A stretch of 64,000 bases of DNA from Babesia bigemina (lineage: Eukaryota), in assembly GCF_000981445.1 (NCBI RefSeq), contig NC_027219.1, forward strand, positions 124,001 through 188,000, written 5' to 3'. Position numbers and translations under genes: made by a program. How positions within the stretch are numbered: the stretch's first letter is position 1; each line of letters opens with the position of its first letter. The notes beneath the pieces are model-generated. The model saw only the letters and a list, made by a program, of their open reading frames with translations, was not told the DNA's origin and searched no databases. Of the stretch, positions 1-11,538 are shown one piece after another.

Positions 1-383
1 TCTACATCTCCGCTTTTTATGTAAGAACGACGGATCGCCTCCGGCAGGAGATAGAGCAATGTCTTGCCACTCTGCTGAGGTGCTGCTATAAATAGGTCAC
101 CGCCCGCAAGCTGAGGTCTAAGTGAGCTGAGCTGTATTCCGTTTGCGTACACTTTGCGACCATTTGCAACCAGTGTCACCCGCTTGAACCTCCTCGTAAA
201 AGCTTGTAGGATTTTACGAATTAACAAAGGCGACGGCCGTGGATTCAATTGTACCAGTGAGGAACCCCAAATACGAACATCAGCTGGAAAGGGAGTGATG
301 CACCTTGCTAAGCACCTGTCTACATGGTTGGACGTGTTTGATGTCAACGCCGCTATAGCTCCTGCTAAGGCCGTCCGAGCCAT
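1..383 (-). CDS. N-terminal part of a DEAD-box-like RNA helicase (runs off the window start; not in ORF track)
   Basis: Manual translation from ATG at 383 is open to position 1: MARTALAGAIAAL...NGIQLSSLRPQLAGGDLFIAAPQQSGKTLLYLLPE. This resembles the Q-motif plus Walker A region (G-D---A--SGKT--YLLP) of DEAD-box helicases. The basic, acid-poor N-terminus looks like a mitochondrial presequence. Confidence 0.7.
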   Translation of the reverse strand, partial: MARTALAGAIAALTSNTSNHVDRCLARCITPFPADVRIWGSSLVQLNPRPSPLLIRKILQAFTRRFKRVTLVANGRKVYANGIQLSSLRPQLAGGDLFIAAPQQSGKTLLYLLPEAIRRSYIKSGDV

Positions 384-606
384 GGTCGCCGAGACCGGTG
401 TGTTACAAGGTTATGACACACATCATCTGCCGTTCATGACACAACAAAAGCTTATCATATTGCATCGCATATGTAAGAATGTCTAATCCAGCTAAAGCTG
501 TTATCCGGCAGTTATTGTTCGATTTGTTCCGTAAGGCAGGTGCGTACACATAAGCGACAGACACAGCCAGTTGCACATTTGGATAACCATATTACATCCC
601 AAATCG

Positions 607-2397
607 ATGTATCAAGTGGCTAAATGTAGTAGCGTAACTTGTAATGTTGCGCGTATCGCATTTGCTCGTCAGCGCAGGTCGCTGGTCCGCCTTGCGGAAG
701 CCTCTTCTGAGGAGAGCGTCGTTCGTGATTTCAACGAAGATTCCGTGTTGAACCAACCAGTAAGCGCGTTGATAATACTATATAGAGTCGTGTAGTTCAA
801 TCCCAAGTACTTTGAGTGGACCGATGGAGACTACATGAGTGCGCCGATTGACATTCACACGAGAATCTCTGCGGAGTCTCCCCTATTATCCCGTAACAAC
901 GTTGGCATGGGCTTCTTGGTCTTGAACAGGTATTAAGAGGATACCTGTATGCTTGATTGGAGTTCAGCATTTATTCGGGAATATCGCAAATAAACTCTCT
1001 ATACCGTCGTCTAGCCGACCTGGAGACGAACGTATACAAGCGTTTCGTTGTATTGACCAGCATGTCCAGGGACATATTCAGCAAAGGGCTGAACTCCCTA
1101 GAGATTAATATGTTCAAGGAGGCATTACAACTACTATCGAATCACAAGAATGGAGCGGTACTATACGGGGTTATCCAACGTGCCTTGGATGACTATCTCA
1201 GCAACATATGCGACCTATCCTACTTGATACAAAGCTACCAGAAGCCACTGGTTTCATATGCAAACGGCACAGTGGGTGAGTGCACTTTTTACCCAATCCA
1301 AGTATATTTCCACCAGGCGGTTTTGCCACTTCTCTGGTATCGCTTGCGAACGTTAGTGCATGCCACAAACACTCGCGTATGATCTTCAATAACCTTGGTA
1401 TGTTAAAATGGTTGTGTCGAGAATACGCACAGAACATGGAATTCCACTGTTGGGGGGGCAATCTTGTCTATTGGCTATGATGCGGGGTTCACTGGGTGAA
1501 TACCTAGTGCTGACAGGCCACGAGTTGGTAGGCGCTGACCTTGTTTGGTCAGGCCTTGTAAGGCGATATGTATCGCCAGATGCGTTTCACGTAATGCAGT
1601 TGACGGCGGAGGTTGGTGGAGGTTTACGTTAAGACTCTAACATTGAGCAGAGACAGGTAGAAATGCCTGAGAAGGAAACGGAATTCCAATTGCAAGAACA
1701 CTTTTTGCAACTGGACTCCAGGTACTCGTTGGACAGATTTGAATGGTTAATTCACGAACACTTCAACCGATCTTCAGTTGCGTCGATAATTCGCAGTTTG
1801 GAACGCGGCGTTTCAGCGAAGAAGCTGCGGTCGAACAGTTCTATAAACGCTGAACTGGCGCGTAAATGGGAAATGAAAACTCTGGACACGTTGACAAATC
1901 ACGTAGGAAGACATTCTGAGGAGTACGATATCGCTTTAAAATTGATACGCGAAGTGAAATCGTATAAGTTACAGGTATTAAAGACGCTGGATATATCGCC
2001 AAAGCGATGGATCGAGATGCGTGATTTCGTACACCGACCTCCCGTTTCCACGAACGATCACAAGACGGCAATGATGTTCCATTCAATCCACAGCGAACTA
2101 CTGCTGGAATCGCTGCAGTTGGAAGTTGCGTCGTGGTTGGGTTATCTTGGCAAAGTCCTACAATTGCCATCTGGTGATTTGTGGTCGCAATCAAAGTTCT
2201 CGTCTCACCCGTTTACGCCTTGTTACCGTTCAGGGTTTTCGCTTTCTTCACTTCCTGCGCTGAGGCGACTCCACCCGGACTTCGACGCGCGCACCGGCTG
2301 CGACCATGACGCTGTTCGCATGAAGCGATTCTGCGAGCGCTGGTCGGACGACTTCTTGCAACGCGAACTTTTCCTCATGCAGCGCATTTTGACGTAG
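607..2397 (+). CDS. Enoyl-CoA hydratase/isomerase-fold, 3-hydroxyisobutyryl-CoA hydrolase-like mitochondrial protein (multi-exon)
   Basis: ORF pieces 571-795, 957-1382, 1408-1632 and 1663-2397 are joined by short GT-AG introns (e.g. 760-795). Motifs FLVLNR, IFSKG, YQKPLVSYANGTV and GEYLVLTGHELVGADLVWSGL match the HIBCH/ECH_2 family. The N-terminus is Arg-rich and presequence-like. Confidence 0.75.
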
Positions 2398-2605
2398 ACC
2401 AGTCCTGTAATCACAGCCGTGACATGATACGCCTTCCGAGGCTATACTGTTAATCAGCATGTTTAGTCTTTCGATAATCATTTATACCGCAGCATAATGA
2501 GTTAATCGGACATGTTGTAGTGTTATACGCCCCGTAATACTTTTGAATGTGTATGGCGGCGGTATACATGCGAGTTTTGTCTGCGTAACACGCAGTGTTG
2601 ATTGC

Positions 2606-3574
2606 TTAAGCCTTTTCGGCTTTAGGAGTTTCTTTGCCATCATCGCTTGAATCGCTGTCGCTGGATTCGCTGTCACTTTCTTCACTGTTCGAAGAGTCAT
2701 GCTCGTCGTTTTCCATCAAGCTGGAGTTATTCTGCACAGTAGCTATGGACGGGGGCAAGTAGGGTTCCTCGGGAGATTCTTCATCTTCTGTAACGCTAGA
2801 ATCAATCGATAGCGATATTACGTTACACTGCCCCTCCGTTACTATGTTACTTGCGGTTTCCACTGTTGATCCTGCTGTCGACAGGTCGAGTGTCAGCTCG
2901 CCGCTGCCGTCGTTGTAGTCCGCTGATGGTGCCTCGGAAGGAACGTTATAGATTCCCTTGACCAGTGGGATGCGGTGAATGTATCCGTTCGCTAAGTCAC
3001 ATCCCAGTGTTCCTGCGCCACCCCAATCGTTGCGTGGTGTGATGACTGTCTTGCGGATGCTTTCAGTGATCGAGTTGTATACATAGAGCGGCACTTCCTC
3101 GTTAATACGCTCACCGACGTGCACACGGACGCAGTCGCTGTCCACGAAAAGCTGCAAGTTTGTTGCCAACAGATAGTCCGTTATGGGTATGAGTCCTGCT
3201 TTGCTAGCCGGTGAACCCTCGTGCACTTTGAGTACGTGAGCCCCCTCGTCCATGGCTGTGAATTCCGCAAATCGCACTGATAGCCCCAAAAGACCTACGC
3301 CATCCCATTTGCGTGGTGTCATTTTAACAATCCTAAGGGACTTTTTGCGTGCGTTGTAGACATTGAGCGAGATTTCCTGGTTCTCCTTACTGCTAATGTA
3401 AGACGTAAAGCTCATTAGGGTCTCATCCGAGTCGTCCGAATAGCTATTGTGATCGGCTTCCATAATGTAGTCGAAGAAAATCTCGAAACCAACATCTTCA
3501 GCGGGACCATTAGGATATACACGATGCACGCGTAGCCCCCCTGTGGGAATGACTCTGGAGGTGTTACCGCCCAT
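2606..3574 (-). CDS. GRASP: Golgi reassembly-stacking protein (GRASP55/65 family)
   Basis: N-myristoylation-type MGGNTS start. Tandem PDZ-like domains (GLRVHRVYPNGPA, WDGVGLLG, HVLKVHEGSPASKAGL, WGGAGTLGCDLANGYIHRIP) and an acidic Ser-rich tail. Confidence 0.92.
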   Translation of the reverse strand: MGGNTSRVIPTGGLRVHRVYPNGPAEDVGFEIFFDYIMEADHNSYSDDSDETLMSFTSYISSKENQEISLNVYNARKKSLRIVKMTPRKWDGVGLLGLSVRFAEFTAMDEGAHVLKVHEGSPASKAGLIPITDYLLATNLQLFVDSDCVRVHVGERINEEVPLYVYNSITESIRKTVITPRNDWGGAGTLGCDLANGYIHRIPLVKGIYNVPSEAPSADYNDGSGELTLDLSTAGSTVETASNIVTEGQCNVISLSIDSSVTEDEESPEEPYLPPSIATVQNNSSLMENDEHDSSNSEESDSESSDSDSSDDGKETPKAEKA

Positions 3575-3980
3575 GGTCGTCTACCGTACTTTTTTGCGGT
3601 ATAGGTTGGTGTGTCGTTCGCGCTGGGCCAGCGAGAATTGATGTAGGTCGCGGACCGTTGGCCGACTGGCTAGTTATCCTCCCCTGCAAAATATACACGG
3701 AGTGCGACGGCAGCTTTTCAGGTGGATGTGTCGACTGGTTGAGCCTGGGACCAGGGATGCCCATCATGGCAGCACCACAGCGCGGATGTTGTAGCGTCTA
3801 AAATGATATTGAGTTCGAGATATCTTCCATATTCGCGTATATTCTAAGCACTATGATGGGGAATCAGTAGTGAGAATTAGTGGATTATACACCATTCTCG
3901 GCTGCCTCGCTGCCTCGTCTTTTAGTGGTAAACAAACCGCGTTACACATTTCACAATACAGCGCCTTGAGGTGCAATTAA

Positions 3981-5419
3981 ATGATGAATAATGATGGGTT
4001 GGAAGCGGAGGTAGCTCAAGAGGTGCCATTAGTCGACCTTTTTGCCGGCGAATCGGATTACGAAGATGATGTGTACCGGGCAAACGAAGTCACTGGCGGT
4101 AAGTAACACGAGTTATGTGATAAGTGACCTCGCATAGGTGATATACCGGCTAACGTGTCTACATATGTCCAGAAGGCAGCCAAGAAGGGGTACCTTTTGA
4201 GTTTAGACCACTTATGGCACAACACATCGGACTCTACGTATGAGGCGCCTAGGGAGCGCAAAAATGTTTTATGGGACTTTCTGGTTTACCACAACCTCAG
4301 GGAGGAACGTGAAGGTCGCTACATGGCGTCCGTGCAGCAGTTGGAAGCGGAGGCCGTGCTCGCCATCAAGAAGGCCAAAGTAGCAATACTGAGTGAGGTG
4401 TCTGAGGGTGACCACGATGGTATGTTTGCCAATGATGTAGCGGAAGCATTTGATAACCAAGTTACCAAGCTTGTTCACCGCTTTCGTCTAAACGCAATGG
4501 ATGGGTCGCCGTTATTTTCCAGGATGAGTGACGACGCGGCCGATGCTGAGCGCAAGGTTTCGATTTACTCTTACCTAACTAAGAACGAAGAGTTTTGTAA
4601 GCTAAAATCTAAGCTGGCTGCTATTAGAACAGCAAAAAAGCGCCTCATATCGTGTTCTCTCATTCGGCTTTTGAGTTCGGTGGATGGGCTACGTGGCAGA
4701 GTAGTATCTGGTATCTTCGAGCCCAATTCACGGGGTTTCAAAAGAGTGACGCTTACGCGATTTTTACGGCATCTCGACAAGATTTCTAACCGTTCTGAAT
4801 TTGCCGGGGAGTATAGGTTTGATTTGCTAAAAACCTATGTACAGAACAGGGAGGATTTTGAGGCGTTTATCCAACACAATGCAACTTTTGCCGAGAACAG
4901 CGATGACGCAGCGCATTTTGGCGACTTTGTCAACCGATTTACTCCAGGTACGTGTCTTGAGTTTTCCATGCAAACGTTTGCAGACTACAAGGACTTGGAC
5001 GTGCCGTCCTCAGCGCCGAAAACGGGCGAAGAGCATCGTGATAGTCCTGCAAACGATGATCGGGAGGAACCAAGTCCGTATGATCACATGATGGAATTTA
5101 TGAACGCAACCCCACCAGACGATATTATGATGCCGCCAACGGAATTCGACGAACCGATGTACTCAGACGAATCACACTTGCCTCCAGATGGACCAGAAGA
5201 TCCGCCACAGGGTGCTTCGGATGAGGTGCCGCAAGACACACAATCGCAACTCGATGCGCCACGTGAACAAGATGACGCCCAACTGAAACTCCTGGAGGAG
5301 GCCCGAAAAAGAGCCGCGGAAATTCTTAGGTACGCTTTGTATGCACGCGATTTCATATATTTCGTAGGAAAAAACGGCTCAGCCGTGTGAACGTGTCATC
5401 GGAATCTGGCACAAGTTAG
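3981..5419 (+). CDS. Hypothetical protein (3 exons); weak resemblance to Swi3/Tipin fork-protection proteins
   Basis: ATG at 3981, an intron near 4102-4137, the large ORF 4155-5390, and an intron near 5330-5367 leading to a stop at 5417-5419. Segments RLLSSVDGL and HFGDFVNRFTP faintly resemble the Tipin core. The family assignment is speculative. Confidence 0.5.
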
Positions 5420-5945
5420 ATGCGATGATCGACCGATTGTTGGTAACAAAAATTGAGTCACTCCATATAGCAAAGGATTGATGTAACAGATCGCACAAAC
5501 AAACTAGGTGTTCTACCGTTAATCTGACGTACAATACTAACGCAAGCCTTGCGATCCATGAGCCTGAGAAAAACTTATCGGGGAAAATTTGCATGAGATT
5601 TTCGCATCTGTTAAGATAGGCATCACCGCGGTGCACTGCCTACATAATTTAATTTAGCCGTTACTTTTTCTCAAACTGAAGTTGATAATAAAGCGATAAC
5701 AGTGCCCGTTGCAATCTAGTTACAACATTATATTAGGTGTTGCGTGCATATCTTCATACGTATGAACATATATATCCTTGCATCACAGTTTGGATCTTTT
5801 CTTGAATTTCTGAGTTTTGTTGACAAGTGATTTGGTCGGCATTCTTTTATGAGTCACAATTCGCTAATCATTAAAGCCTAGAGCTTCAAGAATCACCGAG
5901 CATATAGTAATACATGTATAGTCATTGAAGATATAACCACTGAAA

Positions 5946-8255
5946 ATGAAAGCAAGATTTGTTTTCTCCACATTGTTGGCGGTTGTAGCGCATCACCAAG
6001 TGTTGGAATGTTTTGCGGAGCAATATGAGATGCACAATGGGGAAGGTGACACGTCACTCCTTAATGAGCCCTATGATGACAGTGTCCGCAATGAAGAATC
6101 GGGTTTAGTAGGGAGTGCACCTCAAGATTTTCCGTTGTATAGTTCGAGAAACACATCACTGAAAGGCAAGAAGTCCTCCGCTAAACTCCCAGAAAGTACA
6201 ATGAACAGAACGAGCTCGTTAACAAATGGTAGGCATATTTTGCAGAAGATGCGCTCTAAAAGCGCTGTTATGAAATCGCCAAGTAGCAATGACAATGCAG
6301 ATGAAAAGAAAGTATTTAGGGTCAAAAAGACGGTAGAGATTTTGATTGATGCACCTACGAGTAGTGCAAAGGGGGATGGAGATGCAGGTAGAAATATGAG
6401 CACGAAAAGTACGGTAGTGGAAGTACCTGACAGTTCGAGATCAGACATCGATGTTACAGCTGAGGTTCCAAGTGCTGAAACGCAATCAGAGAGGCCGGTG
6501 TATGACGAAACAGTTGTGCCAAAGAGTTCACCTCCGGAATTTGGAATGGAAGGTGATACCGTCAAGAACCGCTTGCCCCAAAGTGCCATGCAATACGAAG
6601 ACGAGAAAACCGGTATGGTCAGAGAAGATGAGGATGGCCTCCTTTTTAATAACGGTGTCAAAGAGTTGGATTACAGTGAGACAATGTCGAGTCAAAAGGT
6701 AGAGCCCACACTGGAACCAGATGCTGATGGCTCTGCAACCTATGAAACATTTCCTTTGAGTACCGAAGATGGATATGATTCGCAAAATGCTATCCGTAGG
6801 TCACCTGTGGAATCTGACAGCGATGTATATGAATCTTCATCCGGAATGGTTATGCCCCACCACCGAAGCTCAAATCCACTGCATCCAGAAGATGGTACAG
6901 GGGATGATGAGGGTCATGGCAGGCGAGATGGATCAATAGTGCGCGGCAATACGCGTGTGAAGCATGGCTACCGACTCGGTGGATTGAATGAGCCGTCTAA
7001 TTATTTTGCGCCTGCAAGGTACGCAGATAATACTCATCACCGAGGCTTACATAAGGGAGGCGTTAAAGCACACCACAGAAAGCGCAGCACAAAGAAACAC
7101 TACAACAAATTGGGAGACGAATATTTGACCAACTATCGCTCCGAATTGAAAGAAAATTCACCAAGGCGCAAGAAGATGGCGCGTAGTGATTCCACGGGTG
7201 ATGTAACTACAGAAGCAGCGGAGAGAAGTATCGACCCAGAATCATCTTCCATCGAAGTGGATGTAATTGGAGATGATAATTCTGATGGAGATATGACCAA
7301 TGAAGTGTCAGGAGTTCCGGTTTACCCGCAGATGCTGGAGAAAGAGGCCACCGTAGATACGGAGACGGCTAACGCCGACGTTGATGAGGACACGATGCCC
7401 ATTGAAGAGGATTCTGATGCTATAGAAACTAGTGACAGCCCTAAAATGGAGAGCGAATTGTCGAGTGATTCATCTGACACAGTTGATGAAATTGAACCTG
7501 ACGAAATATCCGATGGCACTGCTCTGAGGGGCCTCCGCTCCAAGGGTCGTAAAGCGCCCAAGAAAATTGCGAAACCAGCGAAATCCAAGGCGCCCAAGAA
7601 AAACAAAAAGAAGCCCGTGAACAAACGTAAACGTGGGGATAAGAAAGCGAAAAGGAGTAAGCGGTTAGAGAAAAAGAGGATGGCCCGTGCTGAAAGGAAA
7701 AGGTCAGAGAAAGCTGCTAAGCAAGCGAAAATAGCGGCGAAGAAATCTCGCAAGGAGGCTAAAAAGGCGGCTAAGGATGTGATTGTCTTGGAAAACAGTA
7801 CTACGGATGATGTTAACGTAATCGCCGCTCCGTCGGAAACAGCTGCTCCTAAAAGCACGTCAGACTCTCCAAATGACGGCAAGACAGGTTCAGATGGAAA
7901 CGATCCACCGATCTCAGTGAAAGCAATCGCGGATAGCACAGAAAAAGCGACTACATCGGAGGAAAACAGCGCAGATGCTGGCAAAGGGCCAGCTGACAGT
8001 GCAACATCAGATAACACTGTAAGCCTCAATGGTTCCAATAAGGCATCTGTCGCAAGTTTTGAAGACACATCTATGAGTGCAGACGACACGGCAGAAGGCA
8101 ATGCAGCCGAGAAGGACAATACGCCAGATGTCGAATCTCCGAGTTCAGACGAGGGAGATGAAGATGAGATGAGTGACAGTCAGGAGGATCTTGATGAAGA
8201 ATCGGAAGCCGACGACGTTGACGAAGACGACAGTGAAGAGGTAACTCATCTCTGA
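5946..8255 (+). CDS. Secreted low-complexity protein (signal peptide; acidic, His-rich and Lys-rich blocks), 769 aa
   Basis: Single long ORF with a hydrophobic N-terminal signal (MKARFVFSTLLAVVAHHQVLECFA), no TM or GPI tail, and alternating charged blocks. Confidence 0.85.
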   Translation: MKARFVFSTLLAVVAHHQVLECFAEQYEMHNGEGDTSLLNEPYDDSVRNEESGLVGSAPQDFPLYSSRNTSLKGKKSSAKLPESTMNRTSSLTNGRHILQKMRSKSAVMKSPSSNDNADEKKVFRVKKTVEILIDAPTSSAKGDGDAGRNMSTKSTVVEVPDSSRSDIDVTAEVPSAETQSERPVYDETVVPKSSPPEFGMEGDTVKNRLPQSAMQYEDEKTGMVREDEDGLLFNNGVKELDYSETMSSQKVEPTLEPDADGSATYETFPLSTEDGYDSQNAIRRSPVESDSDVYESSSGMVMPHHRSSNPLHPEDGTGDDEGHGRRDGSIVRGNTRVKHGYRLGGLNEPSNYFAPARYADNTHHRGLHKGGVKAHHRKRSTKKHYNKLGDEYLTNYRSELKENSPRRKKMARSDSTGDVTTEAAERSIDPESSSIEVDVIGDDNSDGDMTNEVSGVPVYPQMLEKEATVDTETANADVDEDTMPIEEDSDAIETSDSPKMESELSSDSSDTVDEIEPDEISDGTALRGLRSKGRKAPKKIAKPAKSKAPKKNKKKPVNKRKRGDKKAKRSKRLEKKRMARAERKRSEKAAKQAKIAAKKSRKEAKKAAKDVIVLENSTTDDVNVIAAPSETAAPKSTSDSPNDGKTGSDGNDPPISVKAIADSTEKATTSEENSADAGKGPADSATSDNTVSLNGSNKASVASFEDTSMSADDTAEGNAAEKDNTPDVESPSSDEGDEDEMSDSQEDLDEESEADDVDEDDSEEVTHL

Positions 8256-8508
8256 AACTGGAGAGACGATTCCATGTCGTTTGGGAGCTTTGCAAGCTTT
8301 CTGTAAGAAAGTCGCCCATTCATTCACGGAATGATTCATACGACACACATATAATATTATTGCTACAAACTCAACGTTTTATTGTTTCCTTCTATTCCGT
8401 TAGACGAATGGATTTCATGTATCCCGTTAGACACACGACTAGGGTGTTACGCAGCGACTTCGAGGCACGAATGTAGAGCGCTTGTCAGCTATAAATGCGT
8501 GTATAATT

Positions 8509-10011
8509 ATGTTATTTGCGAATGTGACCTGCCTGAGTCTCTATATCTGTTTGTCCTTCCTCACCGTGTTTCAAGGCTTACATCTCGTTTATTGTATTTA
8601 TTGCGACAACGTCCCTAAAGGTGGCGTATTATGTACAATCGCGCCTTGCCATTTACGTAATAATCGCATAGATTCGTATGAGATAATCCGTGAATCGCGT
8701 ATACCCATAAAATCCTTTACATGCTTTTCCTTTATACACCGCATTAAGGGAGGACTGAAATATTCGAGAACGCTGAGCTCACTAGATGAATCACGATCAA
8801 CTGATGAATCAAATGAAGGACTGACAACGCATGAGCTAGGCGAATTTGTTTCCCGCGAACTTCAAGATACGGGGGAGGCGTCTGCAGTAGACAGACACCA
8901 ACGGTGAGCTACAGCTTGTTTATTGCTTACAGTTTCTAGGTTCCCAGACGCTGCCAAGGCACTTGTACATGCCCCGCGCTATATAAATAAGAGGGTACGC
9001 ACCCGGTACAAGTACAGCCCTATCGCAAGTGAGACTTAGTTCACATAATCTCATGCATCGCCAGAATCCCAAGGACTGCCCAACGATGACACTAAGTCAC
9101 ATCACTACCGCTTTTCTAAGCATTTGCACATATGCGGTGGTGCGATCCGCGGGCGGCGGCTTTGCGTCCCGCCGGTATACCTTCGTCCGATGATGAACAG
9201 GGTGAAGGATGCCCTCTTCGCATCGTTGCAACATATGGGCGTATTTGCGTATGGTCACGAATGCAGGTAAGGTCTAATGCGTGCTGCTTAATTACATACC
9301 AGGGTCATTGACTTGTTCTGTGGCAGCGGTTCTGTGGGTTTGGAGGCGCTTTCGTATGGTGCCACGCACTGCACGTTTGTCGACGTCTCCATTCAATGCT
9401 GCAAGGTTAGTTCAAGTGTAGGCAGTCAATGGCATTCTCAGGCAACATCTCTGAACGCGTTGCACTGCAAATTCGAGGACAAGGTACGCGTGGTACGCGC
9501 TGACGCGATCGTAGGTGTTCTGTGCCTGGCGTAACACGGATCAGGAGTCCATCACGTCGCCTTGGCTGCATTCAATAACAGATACTTTTGATTTGCTGTT
9601 CGCATGCCCGCCCTACGAGGAGATAGTGTACATGGATTTAATGAAGGTGGGTTGTTAAGCCTAGTTTCATACGAAGGCAGCAAATCGCCAACACAACACT
9701 GCTGAAGCCCAACTCTGTCGTTGTTGTGGAATACCCGCGCGAAATCGCGTATTTACCCTGGGTGAGACACGCTCTTACATGCATGTTCACGGGGTACGCA
9801 GAACATTGAAGACGGCAAGCTGCTTGGATATCGCAATCGCAAGTATGGTCGCACTGTTGTGGCCATTTACTGCTACAAACCAAAAGGGACTCTGCTAGAG
9901 GCGTGCAAAAATGCACAAAAAGAATTTGTACCAACCACATATGTGCGCAAGCGGCTGAAAATTGAGGGATTTATAGCAAAGGAGAGTCCAGATGCGCCTG
10001 CCATTATTTGA
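8509..10011 (+). CDS. rsmD: RsmD-family (16S rRNA m2G966) methyltransferase, probably apicoplast-targeted (multi-exon)
   Basis: Spliced exons give LHICGGAIRGRRL..LRPMMNRVKDALFASL, VIDLFCGSGSVGLEALSYGA, CPPYEE, VVVEYP and RKYGRTVVAIY. The N-terminal signal peptide plus basic stretch is bipartite-leader-like. Confidence 0.8.
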
Positions 10012-10041
10012 CAGCTTGGCGGCCCCAACACCACTACAGTT

Positions 10042-11463
10042 TTACAGACTTAGGCGTAATTTCACATTTTCACAACCCCTTTGGCATGCGAAAATACCAA
10101 CTTGGCATCCTTCCTCGGATCTGCGTTTGGTTATTTTCTCGTAAAATGGTAACCGTATCATGGTGTCATCCACGTACCGATGGATTCGGCTCCCGCGTAT
10201 CCTGTGGTTGTATAACATTATGTTAACGTGCTTCTCACCAAGTTTATCTTCGTTTTCCCGCGCATTGGCGGTTACATGCTGCCTTATTTTGCAGCTCCCC
10301 ATAACGTGCTGCGCGCTCTTGACGCTAAAGGTGTAGCCGTAGATCTTTGACCAAAGCTGACATCGAATGTAACCACATACGAGTAAGTACTATTTACCTG
10401 TAGGGCGTCCAGATTCAGCAGATATTCACGCATGCTCTCCAGCCTGATAGGGCTTGAATTATTCGACAACTACGCTTCTAACCTGTTAAAACCAATCATG
10501 CGGCCGCATTTGATGCCCCCATGTTTTGAAGGCACGCCGCACTCCAGCAAAACAACGTCTCGCTCGTCGCCTACCAACGGTTACAGGGATGCTTCTCCGC
10601 CATACCTCTATGGTTATAATACACGGCGTAGCAACACGAATCTTTTTTCACAATAATGGCGAAGTAAAATCTGTTTGGAGCGGAATGTTCGCTCAATGCA
10701 TCCACTATGGTGTCAATGGCAGTCGTTTGGTCAACAGTTTCAAAACAGGAGATGTTGTCCTGCGCCCAACTATTAAATCCGTGGCTGCGCCAGCTTACCA
10801 CCAATTCAAGACCCTGGAAATTCTTCATCACTGCTTTAGTGATGCCTTCAATCGCGTTTTTCGATCGCATTGCGTTAACGAGTAGTCCATTCATCATCCG
10901 ACGCGTTATGGGTTCTCCGTTGGTCACCCTCGACGCCCACGCAAGAGCCATCCATCTTGCATGATTTAGGGTCCACGATTCATGTCGATGCGATGTCGTT
11001 GGTTCTATTGTCCAAAGTATCTGTTTGGTGTCAAATGTCGTTTCATTTTAGGTAATACATGCCTTGCCTTGGTGGCGTAGAGTTGGTTTGTCCGCTGAAG
11101 AGGTGGCTTTCGACACATTGCTCCGACTGCTTCCTAGAACATCATCGACATCAATACCTACCAGAAATGTAAAACAGAATCCCAACCAGGGGGTATACTA
11201 TAGGAAGTTAGGCACTCACCGTAGTGACTAAACCGCGGAGTCACCTCCTCACCCTCTCTGCGACCAAAACACCAGGAAAGAGACCGGCTAATTTCAACTA
11301 ATAAATTGTATTTGCGCTGGGAGCCTGTTGCGGCGGCGGTGCTGCTGCGACTGGATTTCGTAGTCTGTCGCTCGCGGTACAGGAAGCTTTCCGAGGCGCT
11401 TTCGCACTCATCATAGAATTTACTTGTGCAATGCAGTGTGTTAGAACATTGGGACCAAGCCAT
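10042..11463 (-). CDS. Hypothetical multi-exon protein
   Basis: ORF fragments 11158-11502, 10571-10951, 10284-10469 and 10042-10302 link via short introns into one reading frame. No recognisable family. Confidence 0.5.
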
Positions 11464-11538
11464 GTTGGTCAACTGAGTTACTTGTACAGATTTTCGGAAC
11501 ACCGGGCACCCAAACGCAGCTCTACCGCGTTTCGATGT

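Noticed and set aside
154..486. 110-aa plus-strand ORF
   Set aside because: It has a non-ATG start and no motifs; the opposite strand carries the helicase-like frame.
7322..8119. 265-aa minus-strand ORF
   Set aside because: It is the antisense shadow of the low-complexity secreted protein.
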